Shown: positions 42,186 through 51,978, counted from the first letter of the stretch. The stretch: DNA of 64,000 nucleotides from Candidatus Krumholzibacteriia bacterium (GCA_023131975.1 JAGLYV010000077.1:24546-88545); one strand, 5' to 3'. Numbers and translations: made by a program. The notes: generated from the sequence alone by a model not told the origin.

Positions 42186-43493
42186 ATGACAGTAAAGATA
42201 AAAAGTATATCCGGCAATAAGGGCTTCTTCCAGGAAGAAGATGAGATACTCTCGATCGATGATATAGAGATATGCGATCAGCTTGATATCCTGTTTCTTT
42301 CCGCGGAGGAGGGTGCCGCCCGATTCACCGTTCGCCGAAAGAGCGGCAGGATCGTGTCCAGAAGGATAAGGTTCTCGACACTTGAGAGGGCAATGCCTGT
42401 ATTCGAGGAGATGGAATTCAAAAACTGCAGAAGCCGATGTGTTTTCTGTTTTGTTGACCAGATGCCTCCGAAGATGAGAAAATCGCTGTATCTTAAGGAT
42501 GACGACTACAGGCTGAGTTTTCTGTTTGGCAACTATGTCACAATGAATGACATCACCGATTCCGAACTGGACAGGATAATAAAGTATAATCTCTCTCCGC
42601 TATATGTATCCATCCATGCTACGGGCAAGAAAATCCGGAAAACAGTATTCGGAAGACCGATGAAGAGAGATATCCTGGCAGATCTACGATATCTGGCTGA
42701 AAATGACATCACGTACCATGCTCAAATCGTCCTTGTCAACAATTTGAACACCGGAAAGGTCCTAGACCGCACTGTAAGGGAAATAATGGCCCTGAGACCA
42801 GCATGCAGGTCTCTCGCTATCGTCCCCGTCGGGCTTACAAAACATCGCCGGGGCCTGAACAAGTTGAGAGGATTTACGAGAATGGAAGCCAGGAATATCG
42901 TGGACTGGGCAGAAGAGACCAGGAACAAATATTCTACTTCACGTTTGCCCGATCCTTTTCTTTTTCTGTCCGACGAGTTCTACCTTCTCGCAGGGAAAGC
43001 TCTTCCGCCTGGCAAAGATTATGGCGATTACGAACAGCTTTCCAATGGAATCGGGATGTGCAGGAATTTCATCGACGAGACGATCAGGGATGTCGCCGAA
43101 CTAACCTCGGCTGGCAGGAAAAGATTCGAGATGACTGTTGTGACAGGCAGACTCGGATCGATCTTCTTGAAAAAATATATTGTTCCGATCCTGAACAGGG
43201 AAATGCCGGATGCCGATGTGGAGATCGTAACAGCTTCAAACCTGACCTTCGGCAAAAAAGTAACTGTATCCGGGCTTCTGGCGGGAAAGGATATCATAGA
43301 GGCATTGGACGCAGGCAAACAGCGAGGATGCGTTGTACTGCCTCCGAACTGCGTAAATCACGATGGAGTCTTTCTGGACAATATCACACCTGGAGAAATC
43401 GAGAATATTACCGGAAGAAAAATAATTATCCCCGAGAGATCGTTTCTCGAAGAAAGTGTCATAATCCAGTGTAACCGGAGGAATGGTCGATGA
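42186..43493 (+). CDS. DUF512 PDZ/radical SAM-like Fe-S protein
   Basis: CRSRCVFCFVDQMP, KDDDYRLSFL.GNY.T, VPVGLTKHR, DEFY, VTVSGLL.GKD; directly upstream of der. Confidence 0.9.
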   Translation: MTVKIKSISGNKGFFQEEDEILSIDDIEICDQLDILFLSAEEGAARFTVRRKSGRIVSRRIRFSTLERAMPVFEEMEFKNCRSRCVFCFVDQMPPKMRKSLYLKDDDYRLSFLFGNYVTMNDITDSELDRIIKYNLSPLYVSIHATGKKIRKTVFGRPMKRDILADLRYLAENDITYHAQIVLVNNLNTGKVLDRTVREIMALRPACRSLAIVPVGLTKHRRGLNKLRGFTRMEARNIVDWAEETRNKYSTSRLPDPFLFLSDEFYLLAGKALPPGKDYGDYEQLSNGIGMCRNFIDETIRDVAELTSAGRKRFEMTVVTGRLGSIFLKKYIVPILNREMPDADVEIVTASNLTFGKKVTVSGLLAGKDIIEALDAGKQRGCVVLPPNCVNHDGVFLDNITPGEIENITGRKIIIPERSFLEESVIIQCNRRNGR

Positions 43494-44812
43494 AGAAATA
43501 TTCTACAGTGGCGATTATCGGGAAGATAAACTCCGGAAAATCGACGCTATTCAACAGGATCACCAAATCCCGAAAAGCAATAACTCACGAAACGCCGGGC
43601 GTGACAAGAGACAGGATGGAAGAGGTCGCGTCATGGAACGGGATAAGTTTCAATCTTGTCGATACGGGCGGGTTCAGTCTCAGTGGCGAAGATCATCTCC
43701 AGCCTCTCATAACGGAGAGAATAAAAAAGACAGCCGAGGAAGCCGAGCTGATAATATTTCTGGTGGATGTTGACACGGGAGTAACATTCGAAGACCAAAA
43801 CCTGATAAAAACATTCAGAACATTCAGGGACAGGATGATCCTGGTCGTGAACAAAGTCGAAAATAAACAGGATCATATCGACGCGAACGAATTCTATGGA
43901 ATAGGACTCGGCGACATTTTTCTGGTAAGCGCGCTACATGGGACCGGTGTTGCCGATCTTCTTGATGAGGTAGTTTCCCGGTTACCCAAAAAACCGGCAT
44001 TGAAGGCACAGACAGAAGATTTGAGAGTTTCAATAATTGGCAAACCGAATGTGGGCAAGAGTTCCCTCGTAAACGCCCTTCTTGGCGAAGACAGGCATAT
44101 AGTATCTGAGGAACCCGGCACAACAAGAGACACGATCAATATAAGGATAAAGTATCACGGCAAGGATATCGTCCTTGTCGATACGGCCGGAGTAAAAAGG
44201 AAGGCAAAAACTGAAAGGGGACTTGATTCCATAAGCAGTCTGAAAAGCATCCAGGCTGTAAGGGATGCTGATATAGTGCTTGTCATGCTCGATGGGTCTG
44301 AACCCGAGATCTCGCGTCAGGATGTCAGGCTTGCCGCCTTGCCTCACAAATCGGGGAAGGGAGTCATCATACTGATTAACAAGTGGGATCTTGTAGAAAA
44401 GGACGAAAAAACCGCCAACGAGTTCACGCAAAGGATCAGGGATGACTTTCAATTCATCAATTATGCTCCAGTGCTGACCATCTCCGCAAAAGACAGCACG
44501 AGACTGACAAAGATATTTCCACTCTGCTTTTCCATCCAGGAGGCGCGAAAAAAGCAGATCGGGACTTCCGAACTGAACAGGGCAATCGAGGAGGCTGTCA
44601 ATGCCAAGGCGCCCGGATTCTATAAAACGGGGACAGGAAAGGTCTATTACGCGACACAGACTGGCACAGAACCGCCGACCTTCACCCTTTTTGTCAACAA
44701 AACGGCCTATTTCCCTCGTTCATATATCCGTTATCTTAATAACAAGATAAGAAAAAGGTTTACCTTTGACGGGACAAAGGTTAGGCTGTCCCTGCGTTCA
44801 AAGGAGAACTAA
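43490..44812 (+). CDS. der: Ribosome biogenesis GTPase Der (EngA)
   Basis: Two G domains (GKINSGKST/GVTRD/DTGG; GKPNVGKSS/GTTRD/DTAG/NKWD) plus KH-like C-terminus. Confidence 0.97.
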   Translation: MKKYSTVAIIGKINSGKSTLFNRITKSRKAITHETPGVTRDRMEEVASWNGISFNLVDTGGFSLSGEDHLQPLITERIKKTAEEAELIIFLVDVDTGVTFEDQNLIKTFRTFRDRMILVVNKVENKQDHIDANEFYGIGLGDIFLVSALHGTGVADLLDEVVSRLPKKPALKAQTEDLRVSIIGKPNVGKSSLVNALLGEDRHIVSEEPGTTRDTINIRIKYHGKDIVLVDTAGVKRKAKTERGLDSISSLKSIQAVRDADIVLVMLDGSEPEISRQDVRLAALPHKSGKGVIILINKWDLVEKDEKTANEFTQRIRDDFQFINYAPVLTISAKDSTRLTKIFPLCFSIQEARKKQIGTSELNRAIEEAVNAKAPGFYKTGTGKVYYATQTGTEPPTFTLFVNKTAYFPRSYIRYLNNKIRKRFTFDGTKVRLSLRSKEN

Positions 44813-44814
44813 AA

Positions 44815-45429
44815 ATGGATTCAGTGGTCAGATTTATCCTGATCCTTGTTCCGTGCTATCTCCTTGGATCAATACCCTCAAGCTACATAATGGGAAAGCT
44901 GCTCCGGGGTATCGACCTGAGACAGCATGGCAGCGGCAATCTTGGGGCAGCAAACACTTTCAGAGTCCTTGGTGCCAAGGCTGCTGTGCCTGTCCTTCTG
45001 TTTGACATAGGAAAAGGGTTCCTTGCTGTAAAAATCGTCGGTATGTTTGGAGTCGGCGGAATCCTCCAGATACTTACTGGTGTCCTTGTTGTGATCCTGG
45101 GACATAACTATTCCATTTTTGTGAAGTTTTCGGGAGGGAAGGGGGTAGGAACGACAGCGGGCGCGTTTCTCGCCATGGCACCTGTGGCAGTTGGGATCTG
45201 TTTTGTGATCTGGGCCATAATTCTTCTTATGTTCAGGATCGTTTCCGTTGCCAGCATAATCTCGGCACTTTTTCTCCCGGTGATGATCCTCCTCGCGAAC
45301 CGTTTTATGGAAAGCGGGACTCACGTCTACGTTGTGGTCATGTCCATCATTATGGCTGCGCTGGTCGTCTATAAGCACAGAAGCAACTTAAAGCGTCTGT
45401 CGAAAGGTACTGAACCAAGGATTTTCTAG
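44815..45429 (+). CDS. plsY: Glycerol-3-phosphate acyltransferase PlsY
   Basis: YLLGSIP, GSGNLGAAN, GHNYS..FSGGKGVGT, HRSNLKRL. Confidence 0.97.
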   Translation: MDSVVRFILILVPCYLLGSIPSSYIMGKLLRGIDLRQHGSGNLGAANTFRVLGAKAAVPVLLFDIGKGFLAVKIVGMFGVGGILQILTGVLVVILGHNYSIFVKFSGGKGVGTTAGAFLAMAPVAVGICFVIWAIILLMFRIVSVASIISALFLPVMILLANRFMESGTHVYVVVMSIIMAALVVYKHRSNLKRLSKGTEPRIF

Positions 45430-45439
45430 TTGAGGACTC

Positions 45440-46474
45440 ATGATTAGAAAGAAAAATATCGGATCGGAAAAAGTCGCTGTCATAGGAGCTGGAAGTTGGG
45501 GCACGACCCTCGCGCTTCTTCTTGCAGACAAGGGATCGGATGTAAATCTATGGGAGTTCTTTCCTGATCAGGCGCGTGATCTTATCAGGTACAGAGAAAA
45601 CAAAAAATTCCTGCCTGGTGTCAAGATACCGGCTAATGTACATATCACTTCGGACCTTGAGACAGCCCTTGCCGACGCATCCCACATATTGTTCGTCACT
45701 CCGAGTCATACTATGCGTAAGGTCGCGCGGCAGGTAGCGGCTACTCCGGGATTCCACAAAAAGATGATTGCTATCAACGCGTCAAAGGGACTCGAAGAAA
45801 AGACTCTCTGCAGAATGAGCGAAGTCCTGTCTCAGGAACTGAGGCTTCCCGCGAGGCGGATAGTAGGTCTTCTGGGGCCCAGTCATGCGGAGGAAGTAAG
45901 CAGAAAAATGCCTACATCCATCGTTGTGGCAGGACCTGACATCAAGATACTTAAGGATATCCAGGATCTGTTCATGACTGATTATTTCAGAGTATATACA
46001 AACAAGGATCTTGTAGGAGTGGAACTGGGTGTATCTCTGAAAAACACAATTGCCATAGCTGCCGGGATCTGTGACGGCCTGGGGTTTGGTGACAACACCA
46101 AGGCAGCGCTTCTGACCAGAGGCCTTGCCGAGACCAAAAGGCTGGCTTGCAAGCTTGGCGCGAAAGATGACACATTGAGCGGGCTTGCGGGTGTCGGCGA
46201 CATGATAGTGACCTGCATGAGTCGTCACAGTAGAAACAGATATGTCGGCGAAGAGATCGGGAAGGGCAGGACCCTGAGTGATATCCTGGAAGAAATGGTG
46301 ATGGTGGCAGAGGGAGTCAAAACGACAAGGGCAGCTCTAATGCTATCCAAAAGAGTAAACGTGGAACTTCCTATTACCGAGCAGGTCTACAAGGTCCTGT
46401 TCAGGCGTAAAGACCCCAGAAGGGCCATCAGGGACCTGATGATCAGAAAAGCAAGGACCGAGATGTACAGATAA
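45440..46474 (+). CDS. gpsA: NAD(P)H-dependent glycerol-3-phosphate dehydrogenase
   Basis: GAGSWGT, GPSHAEEV, LKNTIAIAAG, GDN, GLAGVGDMIVTC, SRNR. Confidence 0.98.
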   Translation: MIRKKNIGSEKVAVIGAGSWGTTLALLLADKGSDVNLWEFFPDQARDLIRYRENKKFLPGVKIPANVHITSDLETALADASHILFVTPSHTMRKVARQVAATPGFHKKMIAINASKGLEEKTLCRMSEVLSQELRLPARRIVGLLGPSHAEEVSRKMPTSIVVAGPDIKILKDIQDLFMTDYFRVYTNKDLVGVELGVSLKNTIAIAAGICDGLGFGDNTKAALLTRGLAETKRLACKLGAKDDTLSGLAGVGDMIVTCMSRHSRNRYVGEEIGKGRTLSDILEEMVMVAEGVKTTRAALMLSKRVNVELPITEQVYKVLFRRKDPRRAIRDLMIRKARTEMYR

Positions 46475-46516
46475 TCCGTACTCTCCGGATGGAAGACACT
46501 AGACAAGGTGAATCAA

Positions 46517-46882
46517 ATGAAACAGAAGTCCCAGAAACTTTATTACTCTATCGGGGAAGTAAGCGAGCTTATGGGTGTCAAACCCCATGTCCTCAGATAC
46601 TGGGAGACCCAGTTTCCCGTATTGAAGCCCAGAAAAAACAGGGCAGGGAACAGGACTTACAGGATTCGGGACATAAAGTACATACTTTCCATCAAAAAGC
46701 TGCTGTATGACAAGGGATATACAATATCCGGAGCCAGGCAGAAACTCAGGGAATCGAGCAATAACCCGGACATCCTTATCGAACAATTGAGCATACCGTT
46801 TGCCGCACCGGGGAAATTCGAGGCAGCCCTGTCGCTCAAGCAGGATCTGCTCGAACTTAAATCGCTTGTCGAAAGCCTGTGA
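46517..46882 (+). CDS. MerR-family HTH transcriptional regulator
   Basis: YYSIGEVS..VKPHVLRYWETQF..GNRTY..KGYTISGA; lies before tRNA-Pro(GGG). Confidence 0.92.
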   Translation: MKQKSQKLYYSIGEVSELMGVKPHVLRYWETQFPVLKPRKNRAGNRTYRIRDIKYILSIKKLLYDKGYTISGARQKLRESSNNPDILIEQLSIPFAAPGKFEAALSLKQDLLELKSLVESL

Positions 46883-46974
46883 TTCTGTTGTGGGCCACTG
46901 ACTGTCCCGTTTAGTAATGGCCGGAAATTTTAAGCTTGTTTTTTCTCGCGTCAGAGGTTTATTTTATCATCTGT

Positions 46975-47051
46975 CGGGGCGTGGCGCAGTCCGGTAGCGC
47001 ACTTGCATGGGGGGCAAGTGGTCGCTGGTTCGAATCCAGTCGCCCCGACCA
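46975..47051 (+). tRNA. tRNA-Pro(GGG)
   Basis: Acceptor CGGGGCG/CGCCCCG + ACCA; anticodon arm CTTGC-ATGGGGG-GCAAG; TTCGAAT. Confidence 0.96.
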
Positions 47052-47086
47052 TTTTTTTCAAACCCCTCCGCAAGCAGGATAATGAT

Positions 47087-47767
47087 ATGTTTCTTGATGA
47101 TTTCGGGGTCATTATTCCCGCGTACAATGAGAAGGAACATATCGCAAATGTGATCCTTTCTCTGAAAAAGATATTTCCTCCCGGAAATATCGTCATTGTC
47201 GATGATGGATCTGGAGATGGAACCGCAGAGACCGCACGCTTGACTGGAGTGGTTGTCATCGAACATCCGGAAAACAGGGGAAAGGGCGCGGCCCTGCGAT
47301 CAGGGTTCGAGTATTTTAACCACAAGACTGATATCCGGGGAGTTTTTACCCTGGATGCGGACGGTCAGCACGACCCATCGGAGATCTCAGGGTTTATAGA
47401 AAGATTCAACGAAGCAGGGACTGATATCCTTATTGGAAACAGGATGGATTCGACCGAGAACATGCCTTTAGTAAGGAAACTCACAAACAGATTCACCTCA
47501 ATGGTCATCAGCCGCAGAGCGGGATGCAGGATCGAAGACAGTCAGTCGGGCTACCGATTGATAAAAAATTCTCTTCTTGCCAGAATCGATCTTGTCACGG
47601 AACATTTCGAAACCGAAAGTGAGATTCTGATCAAGGCCGGCAGAGATGGCGCAACAATAGGTTCGGTGCCCATCAGCACGATATACGCTACCGAAGAAAG
47701 CAAGATCAATCCATTACGCGACACGATCCGGTTTTTGAAGCTGGTCACCAAGAGTTTTTTCTGGTAG
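47087..47767 (+). CDS. Family 2 glycosyltransferase (DPM1-like)
   Basis: IIPAYNE, VDDGSGD, NRGKGAAL, LDADGQH, DSQSGYR; start moved past the tRNA. Confidence 0.92.
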   Translation: MFLDDFGVIIPAYNEKEHIANVILSLKKIFPPGNIVIVDDGSGDGTAETARLTGVVVIEHPENRGKGAALRSGFEYFNHKTDIRGVFTLDADGQHDPSEISGFIERFNEAGTDILIGNRMDSTENMPLVRKLTNRFTSMVISRRAGCRIEDSQSGYRLIKNSLLARIDLVTEHFETESEILIKAGRDGATIGSVPISTIYATEESKINPLRDTIRFLKLVTKSFFW

Positions 47768-47835
47768 TCTGCGTTCTTCCCGTAATAATAACGGATAACG
47801 GGAAGTCAAATACATGCATGAGTGGGGAGAAGTGA

Positions 47836-48603
47836 TTGAAGAGGGACCCGATTATACTTGTCACGAATGATGATGGGATTCGAGCGGAGGGCATCAAGGC
47901 TCTTGCGGCTGGAATAGCTCATCTCGGTAAGGTCATAATCGTTGCTCCTGAAAATGAACAGAGCGCCACAAGCCACGCAATTACCCTGGACAGGCCTCTC
48001 AGAATAAATAAATACAGCGATGACAGGTACGGCGTCTCGGGCACTCCCGCGGACTGCTTATTGATGGCAGTCCAGGGCATTCTGGGCGAAAAGCCTGACA
48101 TCGTTGTCTCGGGAATAAATCATGGTCCGAATCTTGGTGAGGATGTGATGTACTCAGGGACCGTGGCCGCCGCGATAGAGGGGTACCTCATGGGCATATC
48201 CTCGATAGCATTCTCCGTCACATCCTGGGATCCTGTTTCTTTCGATGCCGCTGCTTCCATTTCAGCAATGCTTACATCAAGAATGCTCGAGGGCATGGAA
48301 GATAATACGCTTCTGTGGAACGTGAATATCCCAGCAAGGCCTGCTAACGAGATCTGTGGTATCAGGGTAGCCAGGTTGGGATCTCGCATATATAATGACG
48401 CTGTGATCAAGCAGACCGATCCGAGAGGCAAGGAATGTTACTGGATAGGTGGGGGAAAACCGGACTGGAAGAAAGAAAAAGATTCTGATTTTTGTGCCAT
48501 AACTGAAGGATATGTGTCTCTGACACCACTTATGGTGGATATGACTGACAGAAAAAGGATGAGTGATCTCGATAAATGGGACCTGGACTTGAGCCGGAAG
48601 TAG
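47836..48603 (+). CDS. surE: 5'/3'-nucleotidase SurE
   Basis: LVTNDDG, GTPADC, SGINHGPNLG, YSGTVAAA. Confidence 0.98.
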   Translation: MKRDPIILVTNDDGIRAEGIKALAAGIAHLGKVIIVAPENEQSATSHAITLDRPLRINKYSDDRYGVSGTPADCLLMAVQGILGEKPDIVVSGINHGPNLGEDVMYSGTVAAAIEGYLMGISSIAFSVTSWDPVSFDAAASISAMLTSRMLEGMEDNTLLWNVNIPARPANEICGIRVARLGSRIYNDAVIKQTDPRGKECYWIGGGKPDWKKEKDSDFCAITEGYVSLTPLMVDMTDRKRMSDLDKWDLDLSRK

Positions 48604-49229
48604 ATTACAGCATCGCGCGAAAACGCATGGTGAGAGACCAACTTTCCGCGAGAGGCATCGAAGACAAAAGGCTTCTTCAAGCTTTTATGGAGGTGCCGAG
48701 ACACCTTTTTCTCGATCCCGCGACAGGAGCGAGAGCATACGACGATTGTTCATTTCCAATCGGATATTCACAGACTATCTCCCAGCCCTACATCCAGGCG
48801 ATGATGATGCAGCATCTACAGATATCTCCGAAAGACAGAATACTGGAAGTCGGGACCGGTAGTGGTTACCAGACAGCAATATTGTCACTGCTCGGCCAGG
48901 AAGTGTTCTCTGTCGAAAGGATCGCTCCATTGTCAAAGAATGCAGGGGAGATCCTTTCGCGAATCAGGACAGGCAGGATCAGACTGAAGATCACCGACGG
49001 ATCGGACGGGTGGAAATTCTACGCACCCTACGACAAGATTATCGTGTCCGCGGCGATGCGCGAAAAACCTGTCACCTTACTTGAGCAATTAGGCGTTGAA
49101 GGCATGCTGATTGCACCAGTTGCGAAGGAACGTGAACATCTGGTCTTATACAAGTGGGTCGCGGGTGAGCTTAAAGAGCAAATACTCTCAAGATGCGCAT
49201 TCGTACCTCTTCTGAAGGGAATCCAATAG
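48576..49229 (+). CDS. pcm: Protein-L-isoaspartate O-methyltransferase
   Basis: VPRHLF, QTISQPY, LEVGTGSGYQTA, APYDKI, FVPL. Confidence 0.97.
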   Translation: MGPGLEPEVDYSIARKRMVRDQLSARGIEDKRLLQAFMEVPRHLFLDPATGARAYDDCSFPIGYSQTISQPYIQAMMMQHLQISPKDRILEVGTGSGYQTAILSLLGQEVFSVERIAPLSKNAGEILSRIRTGRIRLKITDGSDGWKFYAPYDKIIVSAAMREKPVTLLEQLGVEGMLIAPVAKEREHLVLYKWVAGELKEQILSRCAFVPLLKGIQ

Positions 49230-49729
49230 TGACTTATCCAATATTCGCGCTGATCCAGGGAATGTCCCCGAAACTACTGACATTTCTTATAGCTGCCCTC
49301 CCTATATCCGAACTAAGAGGTGCGATACCGTATGCCCTGTCAAGCGGGGGGTTGGGGTGGAAAGAGGCCTATTTCTACTCTGTGATGGGCAATTTTCTTC
49401 CCGTGATACCGATACTGCTCTTTCTGGAGCGAGTGTCTGACTGGCTCAGGAAATATCCCATGTGGGACCGCTTTTTCGAATGGTTCTTTGCCCGTACACG
49501 CAGGAAAGGGCAGATGATATCAAGATTCGAGGCTCTCGGGCTGGTTCTTTTCGTCGCGATCCCTTTGCCCGTTACAGGAGCCTGGACCGGATGTGCCGCA
49601 GCTTTCCTGTTCAAAATACCTCTGAGGCTGGCGATTCCAGCTGTCGCTGCCGGAATCCTTATAGCAGGAGCTGTCGTAACGCTGGCATTTATGGGTGTTA
49701 TTTCATTCTGGGGAATAGCTTCAGGCTGA
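49229..49729 (+). CDS. Small multi-drug export family (COG2426-like) membrane protein
   Basis: PISELRGAIP, LFVAIPLPVTGAWTG; GTG start overlaps the pcm stop. Confidence 0.85.
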   Translation: MTYPIFALIQGMSPKLLTFLIAALPISELRGAIPYALSSGGLGWKEAYFYSVMGNFLPVIPILLFLERVSDWLRKYPMWDRFFEWFFARTRRKGQMISRFEALGLVLFVAIPLPVTGAWTGCAAAFLFKIPLRLAIPAVAAGILIAGAVVTLAFMGVISFWGIASG

Positions 49730-49763
49730 ATAGTTATTTTCAGTGTAGTAATGCCGATTTTAT

Positions 49764-49792
49764 TTGAGTTATTGGTCACAAATTGCTATTTT
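49764..49792 (+). promoter_or_regulatory. sigma70-type promoter for tRNA-Pro(CGG)
   Basis: TTGAGT-N17-TATTTT with TGn extended -10. Confidence 0.5.
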
Positions 49793-49804
49793 ACCGAGTG
49801 AATT

Positions 49805-49881
49805 CGGGGCGTAGCGCAGTTCGGTAGCGCGCCTGCTTCGGGAGTAGGAAGTCGCTGGTTCAAATCCAGTCGCCCCGACCA
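49805..49881 (+). tRNA. tRNA-Pro(CGG)
   Basis: Acceptor CGGGGCG/CGCCCCG + ACCA; anticodon arm CCTGC-TTCGGGA-GTAGG; TTCAAAT. Confidence 0.97.
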
Positions 49882-49891
49882 CTTTTTAATA

Positions 49892-50464
49892 ATGGGAACT
49901 TATCAGGCAAGAACTCTTCGAGTAATTTTCGCCTGCTGCGTGATCGCGCTGGCAGGTTCCTGCTCACCTTCCCCAAAATACATGGGGAAGAAGAGGGACA
50001 ATGAGCAGAAATCGGCGCCCCCTGCCACCACCAAAAGGCAACTGAAACCAGAGAAAACGGCTTCTCTTGGTAATCCTGTCGGTGATTTTAATATTTCCAT
50101 GATAACCAGCCTTTACGGCCTCAGAAAACATCCGCGACACAAGACTATGGAATTCCATCCGGGAATAGATATCGACACAGAAATGGGCGAAGCTGTTCTT
50201 TCGGTCGCTGACGGTGTAATAATATTTTCCGGAAAACAGGGTGGATATGGTAATGTGATCATTGTAGAGCATTCTGAAGAGTTCTGCACAGTATACGCTC
50301 ACCTCGCGCTCATGGTAGTGACAAAAGGTGATGTAGTACACAGGGGGGAGCTTATCGGCAACGTAGGAGTGACAGGTAATTCTACTGGTTCACACCTTCA
50401 TTTCGAAGTGAGGATCAACGGGAAAACGGTCGACCCGCTTGATTACCTCAAAATCAGCAAATGA
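49892..50464 (+). CDS. M23 family peptidase lipoprotein (NlpD position)
   Basis: Lipobox LAGSC; HPGID, YAHL, STGSHLHFEVR. Confidence 0.93.
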   Translation: MGTYQARTLRVIFACCVIALAGSCSPSPKYMGKKRDNEQKSAPPATTKRQLKPEKTASLGNPVGDFNISMITSLYGLRKHPRHKTMEFHPGIDIDTEMGEAVLSVADGVIIFSGKQGGYGNVIIVEHSEEFCTVYAHLALMVVTKGDVVHRGELIGNVGVTGNSTGSHLHFEVRINGKTVDPLDYLKISK

Positions 50465-51315
50465 CCTTTACGGGAAGAAAGATGACAACTGACAGAAAAA
50501 CCTCCAGTATAGACAGCAGATATTTCGAAGATGTGGGGCGCTATCCACTTCTTTCCAGAAGCGAGGAAATCGAACTTGCCAGAAAGATCAGAGATGGTGA
50601 TGAGGAAGCCAGAAAGATACTTATTCTCAGCAATCTTAAGCTGGTTATTACAATCGCGAAATCGTATTCCTCATACGGAGTTCCTTTTCTCGATCTCATC
50701 GAAGAGGGGAATCTCGGGCTTATAAAGGCCGTCAGCCGCTTTGACCCCGAAAAGGGATTCCGCTTCTCTACATATTCATCCTGGTGGATCAAACAGTCCA
50801 TCGTAAGGGCCATTTCAAACTTTTCAAGGACGATCAGGATCCCCATTCATGTATTCCAGCTGATGAAGAAGTACATGGCAGTGGAAAAGACTGCCGAGAA
50901 CATGAGCCAGGAAGAAAAAGCTGACGTGCTGGGTATTTCCAGCAAAAAACTTCGTATGATCGAGAATCTGGTCATGAATATCAAGGCATTGGATGTGTCG
51001 AGTAGTGTTGATTCATTCAATGAGCTTGCTACCAATTTTGACCCACCAGACGATACCGATGCTGAAAAGATAATCCTTCAGCAGATCGAACATGAGGAAT
51101 TATCACGTCTTTTGGACAGGTTGTCTGAGAGAGAAAAACTTATCCTCAAGATCCGCTATGGATTTGATGATGGAGTCACACACACCCTGGCAGAAACAGG
51201 CCTGGTGATCAAGGTGTCCAGGGAAAGGGTCAGACAGCTTGAAGTCAGAGCATTGAGAAAACTTCGGTGCCTTCTAGAGGCCCAGGATCCAGCCGAAGAG
51301 AACCTCTGCCAATGA
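50461..51315 (+). CDS. sigma70-family group 2-like (RpoS-like) sigma factor
   Basis: Region 1.2 (YFEDVGRYPLL), NLKLVITIAK, DLIEEGNLGL, FSTYSSWWIKQ, region 4 SRERVRQLE; no region 1.1. Confidence 0.9.
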   Translation: MTFTGRKMTTDRKTSSIDSRYFEDVGRYPLLSRSEEIELARKIRDGDEEARKILILSNLKLVITIAKSYSSYGVPFLDLIEEGNLGLIKAVSRFDPEKGFRFSTYSSWWIKQSIVRAISNFSRTIRIPIHVFQLMKKYMAVEKTAENMSQEEKADVLGISSKKLRMIENLVMNIKALDVSSSVDSFNELATNFDPPDDTDAEKIILQQIEHEELSRLLDRLSEREKLILKIRYGFDDGVTHTLAETGLVIKVSRERVRQLEVRALRKLRCLLEAQDPAEENLCQ

Positions 51316-51325
51316 AAGAGATGTC

Positions 51326-51847
51326 ATGATTGAAGATATAATAAAACAAATAAGGGAGATACCTGACTTCCCAAGCAAGGGCATTTTATTTCGTGATATT
51401 ACCCCGGCCCTTCTCGATCCAAACACTTTTCGAATGATTTCAGAAGAGATGACAAAGAAATACCGGGAAATGCAGTTTGACAAGATTGCGGGGATCGAAT
51501 CCCGCGGTTTCTTTTTTGCGTCTGTTCTCGCCCTCAGCCTTGGCAAAGGTCTCATACCTCTGCGAAAACCAGGCAAACTCCCATGGAATACCGTCTCGGA
51601 AGATTATTCTCTCGAATACGGGACATCGAGTCTGGAAATGCATGTTGACGCAGTGAGTGCGGGGGAGAAGGTGCTTATAGTCGATGACCTTCTTGCTACT
51701 GGCGGTACTGCCGCAGCTGCCGCGAGGCTCATCGAAAAGCAGGGAGGGGAAGTGGCGGAACTATTCTTTGTATTAGAATTGACTGGATTGAAGGGGTCGG
51801 AACAGCTTGGAGGCAGGCCTTACTCTTCATTGATCGAGTTTAAATAA
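51326..51847 (+). CDS. apt: Adenine phosphoribosyltransferase
   Basis: PDFPSKGILFRDITP, IESRGF, RKPGKLP, YSLEYG, VDDLLATGGT. Confidence 0.98.
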   Translation: MIEDIIKQIREIPDFPSKGILFRDITPALLDPNTFRMISEEMTKKYREMQFDKIAGIESRGFFFASVLALSLGKGLIPLRKPGKLPWNTVSEDYSLEYGTSSLEMHVDAVSAGEKVLIVDDLLATGGTAAAAARLIEKQGGEVAELFFVLELTGLKGSEQLGGRPYSSLIEFK

Positions 51848-51856
51848 AGAATTAAT

Positions 51857-51885
51857 TTGCCATTTAATTGATAACACCATAACAT
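51857..51885 (+). promoter_or_regulatory. sigma70-type promoter for tRNA-Arg
   Basis: TTGCCA-N17-TAACAT. Confidence 0.65.
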
Positions 51886-51901
51886 ATGGTAACGAATAAA
51901 A

Positions 51902-51978
51902 GCCCCCGTAGCTCAGGTGGATAGAGCACCGGTTTCCTAAACCGGGTGTCAGACGTTCGAGTCGTCTCGGGGGCGCCA
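51902..51978 (+). tRNA. tRNA-Arg(CCT)
   Basis: Acceptor GCCCCCG/CGGGGGC + GCCA; anticodon arm CCGGT-TTCCTAA-ACCGG; TTCGAGT. Confidence 0.97.

Noticed and set aside
42803-43474. Long alternative-frame or antisense ORFs (223 aa here; also 7174-7908, 20344-21066 and others)
   Set aside because: They lie almost entirely over well-supported genes and have no motifs; shadow ORFs
47003-47086. N-terminal extension of the GT2 ORF, and the ORFs at 41945-42220 and 46951-47325
   Set aside because: These are translations of tRNA genes or their antisense
46975-49881. Near-identical 3' ends of two tRNA-Pro genes flanking GT2-surE-pcm, resembling attL/attR of an island
   Set aside because: Both are complete tRNAs with different anticodons, the enclosed genes are housekeeping, and there is no integrase
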